DNA of 57,506 nt from NCBI GenBank assembly GCA_963575745.1, contig CAUYUJ010000020.1:62001-119506 (forward strand), given 5' to 3'. How positions within the stretch are numbered: position 1 is the first letter of the stretch; every line of letters starts with the position of its first letter. Of this stretch, positions 1 to 13,114 are shown piece after piece. The stretch comes from Prorocentrum cordatum. Taxonomy: Eukaryota. The notes beneath the pieces were generated by a model. The model was not told where the DNA came from and did no database searches. It saw nothing but the letters and a program-made list of their open reading frames with translations. A program made the translations under genes and the position numbers.

Positions 1-827
1 GTATGATTCCGAACTGCGTCTCTCCCACCATTACCATGCACTCTTTCGCAAATGTCTGGAAATAGTAAAACATACGCATGTTGTATTGTGAGGGTGTTAT
101 GTCACCACCGCCCCTGCGTGCAATTGCGAGAAGAGTGCCGAATCCTGCAGTGGGAATTCGAACTGCGTCTGTCCCAGGAACACCATGCACTCTTTCGCAA
201 ATGTCCGGGGATATTGAAACAGACGCATGATGTATGGTAAGTGTGTTTCGTCACCGCCGCCCCTGCGTGCAACTGCGACAAGGGTGCCGGATCCTCCAAA
301 CGGATTCCGAACTGCGTTTCTCCCAATAACACCATGCATTCTTCCGCAAATGTATGGAGATTGTGAAACGGACGCGTGATGTGTGGTGACTGTGTTCTGC
401 CACCGCCGCCCCTGCGTGCAAGTGCGAGAAGAGTGCCGAATCCTTCAGTGGGATGTCGAACTGCGTCGTTCCCACTAAGACCATGCACTTTTCTGCCAAT
501 GTGTGCGAATAGTGAAACAGACGCATGATGTATGGCGACTGTGTTCTGTCACCGCCGCCCCTACGAGCAAGTGGGAGAGGGGTGCCAAATCCTCCAGTGG
601 GATTTCGAACTGCGTCTCTCCCACTACCACCATGCACTCTTTCGCAAATGTATGGAGATTGTGAAACAGACGCGTGATGTATGGTGAGTGTGTTCTGCCA
701 CCACCGCCCCTGCGCGAAGTGCGAGAAGGGTGCCGAATCCCTCAGTCGGACTTCGAACTGCGTCTCTCCCACTACCACCATGTACTCTTTCGCAAACGTC
801 GGGGAAGAATGAAACAGACACATGATA

Positions 828-1639
828 AATCCGCCGACCCCTTGGGGATCATCGGCGTGTGAGATGCTTCCCCCTCCCCAAACCCCTCCCCCGGGAGCCC
901 GGTCCGGTCGATTTGGAGGGGGGGGGGGGTCCGGCGCGAGCGCAGCACGGCCGGGACGAGCGGTTCACGGGGCTTTTCCGGGCCCAAGAGGGCCTCAAGA
1001 CGGGCCAAGAAGCCCCCAAGAGGCCTCCAAGACGGCCCACGAAGGCCCCGAGACGCCAAACGACCGCTCCAAGACGCCCAAGATGGCCCCAAGACGGGCC
1101 AAGAGGTCTCCAAGACGGCCCCCGAGGTCCCAAACAAGCCTCCCAAGAGGACCCCAAGAGTCTAAAATTGTTGATTTTCCATAGTGTTTTTCTATTTTTT
1201 TTGCTTTTCCGCCTTTTCGGCGTCCCGACGCTCCAAGACGGCCAAAGAGGCCCCCAAGAAAGCCTCAAGATGGCCCAAGAGGCCCCCAAGACGGCCTCCA
1301 GACGGCCCAAGACGGCCCCAACACGGCCCAAGAGGTCCCCAAGACGGCCCAAGAGGGCTCCAAGACGGCACCAAGAGGGGCCCAAGAGGGCGACCAAACA
1401 TGTTGAAACTCTAGCTTTCTGCCCCCAGGAGCCCCAGGGGGCCCCAAGAGTGCCCCAAGAGGCCCCCAGAGGCCCTCACGAGGCCGCCCAGACGCCCCAA
1501 GGAACCCCCAAGAAGCACCCCAGAGGCTCCGAACCGGCCCCCAAGTGGCTCCAAAACTCGCTTTTCACCCCTTCGCAGCTTCTACTACCCCCAGATTGGC
1601 ATAAACAAGGGGTCGGCGGTGTGGCGTAAGCCTAAGAAT
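828..1639 (+). mobile_element. Non-autonomous element with asymmetric 14-bp inverted repeats and a 3' hairpin (Helentron/HINE-like), inserted in satellite A
   Basis: CCGCCGACCCCTTG (831-844) is the exact reverse complement of CAAGGGGTCGGCGG (1606-1619). The latter is followed by hairpin GGC-GTAA-GCC (1623-1632). AAT occurs at both ends (828-830, 1637-1639). The interior is CCCCAAGA(C/G)GG short repeats. Removing the element restores monomer length. Confidence 0.75.
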
Positions 1640-4600
1640 CATGAGTGTGTTCTGTCACCGCCGCCCCTGCGTGCAAGTGCGAGAAGGGTGCCGAATCCTT
1701 CATCCCCAAGCCGATTAAACTAAAATGTGGGAACACCGATAGATCCAATTAGACCATTTGTTTTTCGGGTGTGCGGCAGTGTCGTGGAACCAATTTGTTT
1801 TGCGCGGATCCTATTTCCCGTGTTTGAAAACCAATAGAACCATTGATTTTCCGGGAATACATACAAAATAATAATTAGCATCCCGGACCCAAAAGAAATG
1901 GCATACGCGGGGCACCGCACGTGAAGCATCATGCCATCCACAGTACTGTGGATCTGCTGACCAAAGCTATGATTATACGGGGGAGGGGGGGTCTTCCCTG
2001 GACAGAGGGAGGAAAAGAGGAGGGAGGAGGCACGAGGAGGAAGGAGGAGAGGAGAAGGAATGGGACGCCGTCGCTTCCGACACTTTGGGGCCCAAGAGGA
2101 AAATCACTCGGCCTGCGTAAGTGGGATTTCGAACTGCGTCTCCCCCACTCTGACACCATGCTCTTTTTCGAAACTGCCTGGGGATGATGAAACACACGCC
2201 TGATGTATGGTGAGTGTGCTCTGTCACCGCCGCCCCTGCGCGCAAGTGCGGGAAAAGGTGCCGAGTCCTTGAGCGGGATTTCGAACTGCATCTCTCCCAC
2301 TAACACGACGCACTCATTCGCAAACGTCTGGGGTGAATGAAACACACGCATGATGCATGGTTAAGTGTGTTCTGTCGCCGCCGCCCCTGCGTGCAAGTGC
2401 GAAAAAGGTGCCGGATCCTTACATGGGATTTCGAACTGCGTCTCCTCCAATAACACCCTACACTCTATCGCATATGTTTGGGGGCAATGACAGAGAGGCA
2501 TGATGTATGGTAATGTGTAGGGTGCCGAATCCTCCGACTCCTTACATGGGATTTCGAACTGCGTCCCAACCACTCTAACACCATGCACTTGTTCGTCAGT
2601 GTCTGGGGATAATGAAACAGACGCATGATGCATGGTGAGTGTGTTCTGTCACCGCCGCTCCTGCGCGCATGTGCGAAAGGCATGCCGCACCCTTCATTCC
2701 CACGCCGAATGTTTGTTCCTCTTGGACTAAAAACAGGAAAACACCGATGGATCCAATTGGACCCAAATTCTCGGGTGTGCATCAGCTTCGTGGATCCTAT
2801 TTTTGTTTTTGCGCGGAACAAATTTCCCGTGTGTGGAAAACCAATGGATGCATTCATACTCCGGGAACAAATCTGCAATAATAAATAGCATCCCGGACCA
2901 GGGGAAATTGGATCCGCGGGGCACCACACGTTGAAGCGTCATGCCATCCACGGAACTGTGGATCTGCTGACCACAGCTATGATTGAACGGAGAGGGGGGG
3001 GTCTTCCCAGGACATAGGGGGTGAAAGAGGAGGGAGGAGGCACGAGGAGGGGGGAGAAGGAAGAAGGGACGGGATTCCGTCGCTTGCGACATTTGGAGCT
3101 TAACAAAAAATCGCTCAGCCTGCGCAAGTGGGATTTCGAACTGCTTCTCCCCAACTCTAACACCATACACTCTTTCGCAAATATCTGGAGATAGTGAAAC
3201 AGACGCAATATGTATGGTGAGTGTGCTCTGTCACCGCCGCCCCTGCGCTTTAAGTGCGGGAAAAGGTACCGAATCCTTGAGCGGGATGTCGAACTGCGTC
3301 TCTCCCACTCACACACTGAAACAAACGCACGATGTATGGTGGGTGTGTTCTGTCACCGTCGCCCTTGTGTGCAAGTGCGATAAGGGTGCCGAATCCTTCA
3401 CCCCCAGGCCGAAAATGCTGTCCTCGTGGACTAAGAACATGGGGACACCGATAGATCCAATTAGACCCTTTGTTCACTCGGTGTGCGACAATGTCGTGGA
3501 TCAAATTTCTGTGCTGCGAAGATCCAAATTTCCAATGCATGTATTTTCCAAGAGTAAATATATACGAGTAACTAGCATCCCAGACCCAGGTGACATGGGA
3601 TCCGCGGGGCGCCGCACGTGAAGCATCGTGCCAGCCACGGAATTGTGAACCGGCTGACCAAAGCTATGGTTATAAAGGGGGAGGGAGGGCCTTCCCAGGA
3701 CCGAGGGGGAAGGAGGAGGGCGGAGGCACGAGAAGGGGGGAGGAAGGGAGAAAGGACAGGATGCCGTCGCTTCCGACACCTGGGGCTCAAGAGGAAAATC
3801 ACTCGGCCTGCGTACGTGGGATGCCGACTTGCATCCCTCCAGCTAGCACCATGCAGTCTTTCGCAAGTGTGTGGGGATAACGAAACAGACGCGCGATGTA
3901 TGGTGAGTGTGCCCTGCCACCGCCGCCCATGCGTGCAAGTGCGAAAAGGTGCCGAATCCTTGAATGGGATTTCGAACTGCGTCTCTCCCAGTAACACCAC
4001 GCACGCGTTCGCAAATGTCGGGGGGTAATGAAACAGACGCATGATGTATGGCGAATGTGTGTTATACCACCGCCGCCCTTGCGAGACAGGTGCCGAATGC
4101 TTAAATGGGATTTCGAACTGTGCCTCTCCCACTAACACCATGCACTCATTCGCAAGCGTCTGGGGATCATGAAACAGACTCGCGATGCATGGTGAGTGTG
4201 TGCTGCCACTTCCGCCCCTGCGCGCAAGTGCGAACAGGGTGCCGAATCCAGCAGTGGAAATTCGAACTACGTATCTCCCACTAACACCATGCACGCTTTC
4301 GCAAATGGTTGGGGGTGGTAAAACAGACGCATGATGTATGGTGAATGCGCCGTCTGCCACCGCCGCCCCTGCGCGCAAGTGCGACAAAGGGGCTGAATCC
4401 TGCAGTGGGAGTTCAAGCTGCGTCTGTCCCAGTAACGCCATGCAATCGTTTGCAAATGCCTGGGGATACTGAAACAGACGCAAGATGGATGGTGAATGTG
4501 TGCTATGCCACCGCCGCCCCTGCGTGCAAGTGCAAAGAAGGTGCCAAATCCTTACATGGAATTTCGAAGTGCGTCTCTCCCAATAATACCACACACTCGT

Positions 4601-7600
4601 TGGCAAATGTCTGGGGGGAATGAAACACACGCGTGATGGATGGTGAATGTGTGTTAAGCCACCGCCGTCCATGCATGCAAGTGCAAGAAAAGTGCCGAAT
4701 CCTTAAATGGGATTCGGAACTGCATCCGTCCCACTAACACCATGCACTCGTTCGCAAATGTGTGGGGATAATGAAACAAAAGTGCGATGCATGGTGAGTG
4801 TGCTTTGCCACCGCCACCCCTGCGCGCAAGTGCGGCGAAGGTGCCGAATCCTGCAGTGGGAATTCGAACTGCGTCTGTCCCAGGAACACCACGCACTCGT
4901 TCGCAAATGTCTGGGGATAATGAAACAGACGCAACATGTATGTGAATGTGCCGTCTGCCACCGCCGCCCCTGCGTGCAAGTGCGAGTAGGGAGCCGAACC
5001 CCCAGGTGGGATTTCGAGCTGCGTCTGTCCCAGCAACACCATGCATTATTCTGCAAATGTCTGGGGGTAGTGAAACAGACGCGTGATGTACGGTGAGTGT
5101 GTACTGTCACCGCCGCCCCTGCGTGCAAGTGCGAGAAGGGTGCCGAATCTTTCAGTGGGATTGCGAACTGCGTCTCTCCCAGTAACACCACGCACTCGTT
5201 CGCAAATGTCGGGGGGTAATGAAACAGACGCATGATGTATGGCGAATGTGCTCTGTCACCGCAGCCCCTGCGTGCAAGTGCGAGAAAGGTGCCGAATCCT
5301 TCATCCCCAGGCCAAATTGTTGTTCGGTTTGGGCTAAAAATAAGAAAACACCGATGGATCAAACTGGACATGTTTTCCGGCGTGCGACAACGTCGTGGAA
5401 CGTATTTCTGTTTTGCGCGGGTTCTATCTCCCGCCTGTGACTACACCAATCGAGCCGTTTATTGTCCGGAATAAAATATATAATAATTAACATCCCAGAC
5501 CCTGGGAAAATGGGATCCGCGGGGCGCCGCACGTGGGGCATCGTGCCATCCACGGAATTGTGGATATGCTGACCAATGCTATAATTGCACGGGGGGGAAA
5601 GGGGGCCTTCCCACGACAGAGGGGGGAAGGAGGAGGGAGGAGGCACGAGGAGGGAGGAGAAGGGGAGAAGGGACGGGATGCCGTCGCGTCCGACATCTGG
5701 CGATGATGAGGAAATATTTCAGTGTGCGTAAGTGGGATTTCGAACTGCGGCTCTCCCACTAACAGCATGCACTCTTTCAAACACGTCTGTGGGTAATGAA
5801 ACAGACGTGTGATGCATGGTGAGTGCGTTCTGCCATGCGACAAGGGTGCCGATTCCTTCACTGGGATTTCGAACTGCGTCTCCACCACTAACACCATGCA
5901 TTTGTTTCGCAAATGTCTGTGCACAATGAAACAGACGCATGATGTATGATGAGTGTGTTCCGTCACCGCAGCCCCTGCGTGCAAGTGCGCGAAGGGTGCC
6001 GTATCCTTCGGTGCGATGTCAACCTGTCTCCCACTAACACCAGGCAATATTTCGTAAATGGCTGGGGCTAATGAAACAGAAGCGTGATGTATGTTGAGTG
6101 TGCTCTGCCACCGCCGCCCCTGCGTGCAAGTGCGAGAAGGGCCCAAGCCGATAGTTTTCTCCTCTGGGGCAGATAATGAAAACACCGATGGCTCAGATTG
6201 GACCATTTTTTCGGGTGTGCGACAATGTCGTGGATCCTATTTCTGTACTGCGCGGATCCAATTCACAGCGTGTGAAACAAATGCATCCATTTATTTTCCG
6301 GAATTACATTCAACAAATGCCAACTAAATCCCGGACCCAAGGGAAATGGTATCCGCGGGGCGCCGCACGTGGGGCATCATGCCATCCACGGAACTGTGGA
6401 TCTGCTGACCACAGCTATGATTTGACGGGTGAGGGGGGGTCTTCCCAGGACAAGGGGGGGAAGGAGGAGGGAGGAGGCACGACGAGGCGGGAGGAGGAAG
6501 AAAACCTTTCGGCCGCAAGCGGGACTGCGAGTTGCGTCTCTCCCACTAACACCATGCACTCTTTCGCAAATGTCTGGGGATAATGAAACAGGCGCGTGAT
6601 GTATGGTAAATGTGTTCTGCCACCACTGCCCGCGCATGCAAGTGCGAGAAGGGTGCCGAATCCTGAAGTGGGATTTCGAAATACGTCTTGACCACTGACA
6701 TCATGCACTCTTTCACACATGTCTGGGGATAATAAAACAAACGCGTGATGTACGGTGACTGTGTTCCGCCACCGCCGCCCCTGCGTGCAAGTGCGGCAAG
6801 GGTGCCGAATCCTTCTGTGCAATGTCAAACTGCGTCTCTCCCACTAACACCATGCACTCTTTCGCAAATGTCTGGGGATAATGAAACAGACGCGCGATGC
6901 ATGGTGACAGTGTTTTGTCACCGCAGCCTCTGCGTGCAAGTGCGAGAAAAGGTGCCGGATTCGTCAGTGGGACTTCGAACTGCGTCTGTCCCACTAACAC
7001 CATGCATTATTTCGCAAATATCAAGGGATAGTGAAATAGACGCGGGATGTATGGTAAGTGTGTTCTGCCACCGCCGCTCCTGCGTGCAAGTGCGACAAAG
7101 GCGCCCGATACTCCAGTGAGATTTCGAACTGCGCCCCTCCCCTACTCTCGCAAACGTCTGGGGATAATGAAACAGACGCACGGTTTATGGTGAATGTGTT
7201 CTGTCACTGCCGCCCCTGCGTGCAAGTGCGAGAAAGGTACCGAATCTTTCATCCCCAGGCCGAAACTCGTTCCCGCTTGAACTCAAAATATGCGAACACC
7301 GATGGATCCAATTGGACCCATTTTTCGGGTGCGCGACTGTGTCGTGGATCATATTTGTCTTACGCGGATCCAATTTCCCGGGTGTGACAACAAAAATGAA
7401 TATATTTAGTTCCCATGAACAAATATACAATAGTTAACATCCTAGACCCAAGGGAAATAGGATCCGAGGGGCACCGCACGTGAAGCATCTTGCCACCCAC
7501 GGAACTGTGGATATGCTGACCAAGGCTATGAACGGGGGGAGGGGGGTCTTCACAGGACAGAGGGGGAAGGAGGAGGGAGGATGCACGAGGAGGGGGGAGG

Positions 7601-8169
7601 AGGGGAGAAGGGGCGGGATGCAGTTGCTTCCGAGATCTGGGGTTCAAGAGGATAATCTTTCGGCCTGCGCAAGTGAGATTTCGAACTGCAAATGTCGGGG
7701 GGTAATGAAACAAACACGTGATGTATGGTATGGCAACTGTGTTCTGCCACCGCCGCCCGTGCGTGCAAGTGTGGCAAGGGTGCCGAAGCCTTCAGGTGGG
7801 ATTTCGAACTGCATCTCACCCGCTAACACCATGCACTATGCTCGCAAATGTCTGGGGATAATGAATCAGACGCATGTTGTTATGGTGAATGTGTTCTCTC
7901 ACCGCCGCCCCTGCGGGCAAGTGCGAGAAGGGTGCCGAATCATTCATCCCCATGCCGAGAGTTTGTTCCTCTTGAAATCATAATACGAGAACACCGATTG
8001 ATCCAATTCGACCTTGAAATCATGATACGAGAACATCGATTGATCCAACTCGACCTTTTCTTTCGGGTGCGCGACAGCGTCGTGGATCCTATCTCTGTCT
8101 TGTGCGGATCCAATTTCGCGTGTGTGAAACAGAAACATGGGCCCATCAATTTTCCAGGAATAAAAATTT

Positions 8170-8555
8170 AATGTTGCCGACCCGGCGTGTGAACTACAAG
8201 GAGCCTCAGTAAGAGCTTCAGCTCTGAGCCTGAGCAAGAGCTTCAGCTCTGCTGGGGGGGGTTCGCCGGGGTGGCTCTGCCGGGGAAAGGGGGGAGAGGG
8301 GGGGGTGGTCCTCCATCTGTCGTTTAATGGTTCGCGCATCCCCAGAATATTCGGGGGGTCCGGGAAAGCGGGGGGGGGGGGGGCGGTCCCCCATCTGGCG
8401 TTTCTTAATGATTTGCGCATCCCCTAGATGTTTGGGAGGGGGCGACAGTGACCCCCCCCCAGATCTAGCAGCTACCGCCCCCAGGACACTCCCTCAGAAC
8501 CCTCCCTGGACTCCCCTCGGGACCTCTCCAGGCCCCCCCCCGGCGGGAACGAGGG
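8170..8555 (+). mobile_element. Degenerate insertion replacing part of a satellite A linker, probably related to the 828-1639 element
   Basis: Begins GCCGACCC-GGCGTGTGA, similar to the 5' end of the 828 element (GCCGACCCC...GGCGTGTGA). It is G-tract rich and is not satellite sequence. Confidence 0.45.
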
Positions 8556-11049
8556 GCCACGAGGACGGGGGAGGAAAAGAGAGGGGAGGGGATGCCATCG
8601 CTTCCGACATTTGGGGCTCAAGAGAACAATATATCGGCCTGCGTAAGTGGGATTTCGAACTGCGTCTCTCCCACTAACACCATGCATTATTTCGCAAATG
8701 TCTGGGGATAATGAAACAGACGCGTGATGTATGGTGACTGTGCTCGGCCACCGCCGCCCCTGCGTGCAAGTGCGATAAGGGTGCCAAATCCATCAGTGTG
8801 ATTTCGAACTGCATCTCTCCCACAAACACCATACACTGTTTCGCAAATGCCTGGGGGTAACGACGCAGTACCGCCACCCCTGCGCGCAAGTGCGAAGAAG
8901 GGTGCCGAATCCTTCAGTGGGACGTCGAACAGCGTCTCTCCCACTAACAAAATGCACTCTTCCACCAACGTTTTGGGATAATGAAACAAACACGTGATGT
9001 ATGGTGAATTTGTTTTGGCAGCGCCACCCCTGCGTGCAAATGCGACAAGCGTGCCAAATCCTTCACTGCGATTTCGAACTGCATCTCTCCCATAAACACC
9101 ATGCACGGTTTCGCAAATATATGGGGATAATGAAACAGACGCAAGATGTGTGATGAGTGCGCTCTGTCACCGCCGCCCCTGCGTACAAGTGCGAGAAGGG
9201 TGCCAAACCCTTCAGTGGAATTTCGAAATGCGCCTCCCCCACCAACAACATGCACTCTTTCGCCCATTGATTTGATCATGAAACAGACGCGTGATGTATG
9301 GTGGGTGTGTTCTGCCACCGCCGCCCCTGCGTGCAAGTGCGAAAAGAGTGCCGAATCCTTCAGCGGGATTCCGAACTGCATCTCTACCACTAACACCATG
9401 CACTCGTTCGCAAATGTCAGGGGATTGTGAAACAGACCCATGATTTATGGTGAATGTGTTTTTGTCACCGCCGCCCCAGCGTGCAAATGCGAGAAGGGTG
9501 CCGAATCCTTCAGTGGGATTCCCAACTGCGTCTCTCCCACTAACACCGTGCACTTTTTCGCACATGTACGGGGATAATGAAACAGACACGAGATGTATGG
9601 TGACCGTGTTCTGCCACCGTCGCCCGTGCGTGCAAGTGCGCGAAGGGTGCCGAATCCTTCAAGGGATTTCGAACTGCGTTTCTCTTACTAGCACCGTGCA
9701 CTTGTTCGCAAGCTTCTGAGGGTAATGACACAAACGCGTGATGTATGGTGATTGTGCTCTGCCACCGCCGCCCCTGCATGTAAGTGCAAGAAGGGCGCCA
9801 GATCCTTCAGTGGGATTCCGAACTGCGATTCTCTCACTGACACCATGCACTCTTTCGCAAATATCTGGGGGTACTTAAAAAATTAAAGACCGATGGATCC
9901 AATAGGACCCTTTTTTGGGTGTGCGACAATGTCATGGATCCTATTTCTGTTTTGCGCTGATCCAATTTTCTAGGAAAACACTGGATCATAATTAACATCC
10001 TGGACCCAGGCGACATGGGCCAGGCACCGCACGTGCAGCATCATGCCAACCACGGAACTGTGGATCTGCTGACCAAAGCTACGAAAATACGGGGGAAGGG
10101 GGAATTATCCCAGGACAGAGGTGGAAGGAGAAAGGAGGAGGCACGGGGAGGGGAGACGAGGGGAGAAGGGAAGGGATGCCGTCGCTTCCGACATTTGGGG
10201 CTCAACGAAAATCTTTCGGCCTGCGTAAGTATTGTAGCACATCCTATCCCGAACCGTCTGGCCAGAAAAAAACCGTCAAGGAGTTTATACTATAAGACTG
10301 TTCGGTGCGAGCGTCGCCCCTGGGGGCGCGACGCACACATAGTATTAGTATGTATGGGTGACGCCGATTCGAAGCCAGAGGGGAGTCCAATAGGCTCCTA
10401 CGTCTCCAGGTTCCAGCATTGCCCATCTCTTATGGATCTCCGCCTCCCCCATCCATATCCCATGCTGTAAAAAGTCTTCCTCGAAATCGACGTTTGTTCG
10501 TGCCGTTGTTTTCTGCAGGCTCTTGCAGCGTCCGCCTTCGCCGGCGCCGCTGGCGCGCCATCGCCGCCTGACCCTGTACTCCTCTTGCAACCGGCCAAGT
10601 AGTCTCCCGAGCACACCCGGTGACTTGAGCGCGAGCGGATTGTCTCTGCCGTGCCGCGACGAAAAGTGTCTGCGCCTACAGCGCAGACCAGTCCACAAAA
10701 ACCTTCCACAAGAAACCCAACCCAGACGTCCGTTGATTTCTGGTGCGGGAACGTCACGAGTTCCATAGCAAAACCATGGAACCCAAGAATACCAGGGCAC
10801 CCTGGAGGCTAAGCAGGATGTTTTTTGACATGGGACCCCACTGTAAGCTTAGGTCGGGCATGTCCCCCCACAGGCGGATTGTGTATTAAAATTATCGAAA
10901 TGGGCTTGCCCTATAGGAGTCGTAGCCCCAAACCTATTCATGGGTCCGTTGCCCCCCCTAATTCCTATGCCCCCCTAATTCCTATAGCTATGCCTATGCC
11001 TATGCCTACCCCCCCCCTTTTTCCAATGGCGCCCCCCCTTTTATGTATG

Positions 11050-11138
11050 TTTGCTTGCTTGCGCGCTTGCTTGCTTGCCTGCTTGCTTGCTTGCTTGCGC
11101 GTTTGCTTGCGTGTTTGCTTGCGTGCTCGCTTGCTTGT
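11050..11138. repeat. (GCTT)n microsatellite
   Basis: Direct reading of the tetranucleotide repeat. Confidence 0.9.
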
Positions 11139-11249
11139 TTAATTACACAAGTTGATCCCCTGACTATGTTTGGACCATGTTTGAATATCCCCTCCGGTAG
11201 AGGGGCACGCCGGACTTAACTGCAAGTTGTTCCCCCTGGTCCCCACCCA

Positions 11250-11462
11250 TCTGGAAGCCCGAGATGGGCACGGAAAGAATGGGCACGATGCCCAACAGCA
11301 GTTCTTGTTCATTCTGAACAGGATTCGCTGTCCACGCCGCCGCGGCCTGTGTCCACTCGAGACAGAAGGCCGCCTGCCCAACAGCGGCCGCTGTTGGTTT
11401 GGGACAACATTTGTTGTCGGGCATTGTACCCATTCTTTCCGTGCCCATTTCGGGCGTCTAGA
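11250..11462. mobile_element. MITE, 213 bp, ~45-bp TIRs, TC...GA termini, 5-bp TSD ACCCA
   Basis: Left end TCTGGAAGCCCGAGATGGGCACGGAAAGAATGGG matches the right-end reverse complement TCTAGACGCCCGAAATGGGCACGGAAAGAATGGG. ACCCA lies at 11245-11249 and 11463-11467. Confidence 0.85.
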
Positions 11463-12320
11463 ACCCAGGAGCCACAGCACATCCCATGCTTCCCGGCGGA
11501 AGGGCCCGCCCCCGGAGGGCCCCCAACCCGCGGAGGGCCCGCCTGCGCCTGCCCCGCCGACGCTCCGCCCCACACGAACGGAGAGAAGGAGGAGAGGGAA
11601 GGGGGGGGAGGAGGAGTTGGAGGGGGAGGAGGGGGAGGAGGAGGAGGAGGAGGGGGAGGAGGAGGAGGAGGAGGGGCCAGGAGGTAGGAGGAGGAGGTGC
11701 CAGGAGGGAGGAGGAGGAGGAAGAAGATGAGGAAGGAGAAAACGAGAAGGAGGAGAAGGAGGAGGAGCATGAGGAGGAGGAGGAGCAATGAGCAATGAGC
11801 AATGCGCGGGGAGTTCAAATGAGTTGCTCGACTCACACCATGAAACCTGGAAAAGAACTCTGCGCAACCCGACTTTGTGGGATGCGGGTTATCACTTGAA
11901 AGAGACGGGGCAGCCCGCACTGGCTGGACCAGCACTGCCCCCGACTGGTGACGAACCCCCGTGACGCCACGCAGGCGTACTGGGAGGGGCCACCTAAGGG
12001 ACCGACGGTTGGCTGGGTCCTCGGCCTTTGCTACTGCCTTCCCCCCTTCGCGGGGCCCGCTTGGGCGCAACCACAAGGGGGATCATGGGAAGATCGGCCT
12101 GCTGATACGTGGCAAAAACGTGGGTCCGAAAGGGATCTGAAATCACTCCCCTGGCCACAAAACTTGCCAAACGCACACTACCTGAAAAAGCGCCCCTGTT
12201 GGGCTGTGAGGATCTTCTCGCATCCCCCATCCCTCCTTCCGCGGCTCCTACTCCTACTCCTATCCTCCTCCCTCACAGGCCTCATGGGCCTCACTGGTCC
12301 ACTCGGACCCGAAACCTCAT

Positions 12321-13114
12321 TCATTTCTTCTCGATAAGATTCAGGATCCTCGCAGCTTCTCGCTCGAGAGGTCCTTTCGGGGCTGGGCCGATCAGCTGCA
12401 CCGCCCTCTTCTGGTCCTCCTCGTAGTTGAGCCACCAGAGGACCAGCTCCCTCGCCATCATCCCAGGCTCGTTGTTGCTGAAGGCGAAGGTCACGCGTCC
12501 TTTCTTCGTCTGCTGCTACTGGCTCGATGAGCCACTCGTCTCGGTCTTCCTCCCCATGTGCTTTCTGCACCGAAAGTGCAGCACGTGATTGCCCACTGTG
12601 TGTGGGGGGCGGCGCTCTGGATGTACTTCGTGAAGTACCCGTGGAACTTCTTGGTCTCCGCCTCGACGTACTCCTCTTTGCCCCCCTAGATGAACTTCTT
12701 CACGTTGGTGACGAGGCTGGGGCAGACCGCGGCCCACAGCTGCACGTGCGGGGGCCCACGAGCGCGGAAGTCTACCTTTTCGCCTGCCCGTTGACGTTCT
12801 TTCATCTGCCTGGACATCTCGTCGTACTTGAGCCCCGAGTCGATCATGATCTGAGTGACCCCGTCGCCTGACTCGAAGAGCTCCCACGCCTGGTAGACTA
12901 CGCCCGCTAAGTTGGCGAGCTCCCGCGCCGAGGTGAGGCGCAGCTTGGTGAGGAGGAGCACCAGGGCCTTGGTGAGGTCCTTTTCGTGCTCGTCGCCCTT
13001 GGCCCCGCCCTTGGCGTGCTTCGGCGGTTTTTCCTCCGAGCCTGGGCCCTCTTCCGCCCCCCTCTTCGTCTCCGACAGGGCCTGCATCCACTCGGGCGGC
13101 GTGAGCTCCGCCAT
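12321..13114 (-). pseudogene. Second LINE ORF (~264 codons) located 3' of pol, unknown function, with two in-frame TAGs and one frameshift
   Basis: MAELTPPEWM...KLRLTSARELANLAG...GPPHVQLWAA...KKFI*GGKEEYVEAETKKFHGYFTKYIQSAAP, then a frameshift near 12605, then HTVGNHVLHFRCRKHMG...SQ*QQTKKGRVTFAFSNN...LIGPAPKGPLEREAARILNLIEKK* (TGA at 12321-12323). Codons are strongly G/C-ending throughout. Confidence 0.75.

Larger units (their letters stand above)
1..10230. repeat. Satellite A: ~149-bp monomers in runs separated by a recurring ~430-bp linker (higher-order repeat)
   Basis: Anchor GAACTGCG at 11, 160, 309, 458, 607 and 755 (148-149-bp period). The linker (GGATCC-rich part, CACGTGAAGCATCATGCCATCCACGG, purine tract) recurs at about 1700, 2695, 3400, 5300, 6145, 7250, 7945 and 9870. 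Confidence 0.95.

Noticed and set aside
599..614. tRNA T-loop or Pol III B-box-like GTTCGAAATCCC on the minus strand of each satellite A monomer
   Set aside because: It has an extra base, no T-stem pairing, no evident A-box and no cloverleaf, so neither a tRNA nor a SINE can be supported.
52..10016. Dozens of similar 60-370-aa ORFs on both strands (e.g. MVLVGETQFEIPLKDSAPFSHLHAG)
   Set aside because: They are translations of the 149-bp satellite. The period is not a multiple of 3, the frames rotate and stops are scattered.
10230..10830. Unique-looking segment with 120-150-aa ORFs
   Set aside because: It has no recognisable motif, splice pattern or termini, so it is left unannotated.
12516..13114. 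C-terminal ~200 aa of the 398-aa ORF as a genuine pol extension
   Set aside because: The G/R/H-rich composition is what results from reading the codon-biased 3' ORF out of frame. Only the last ~30 residues belong to the frameshifted 3' ORF.
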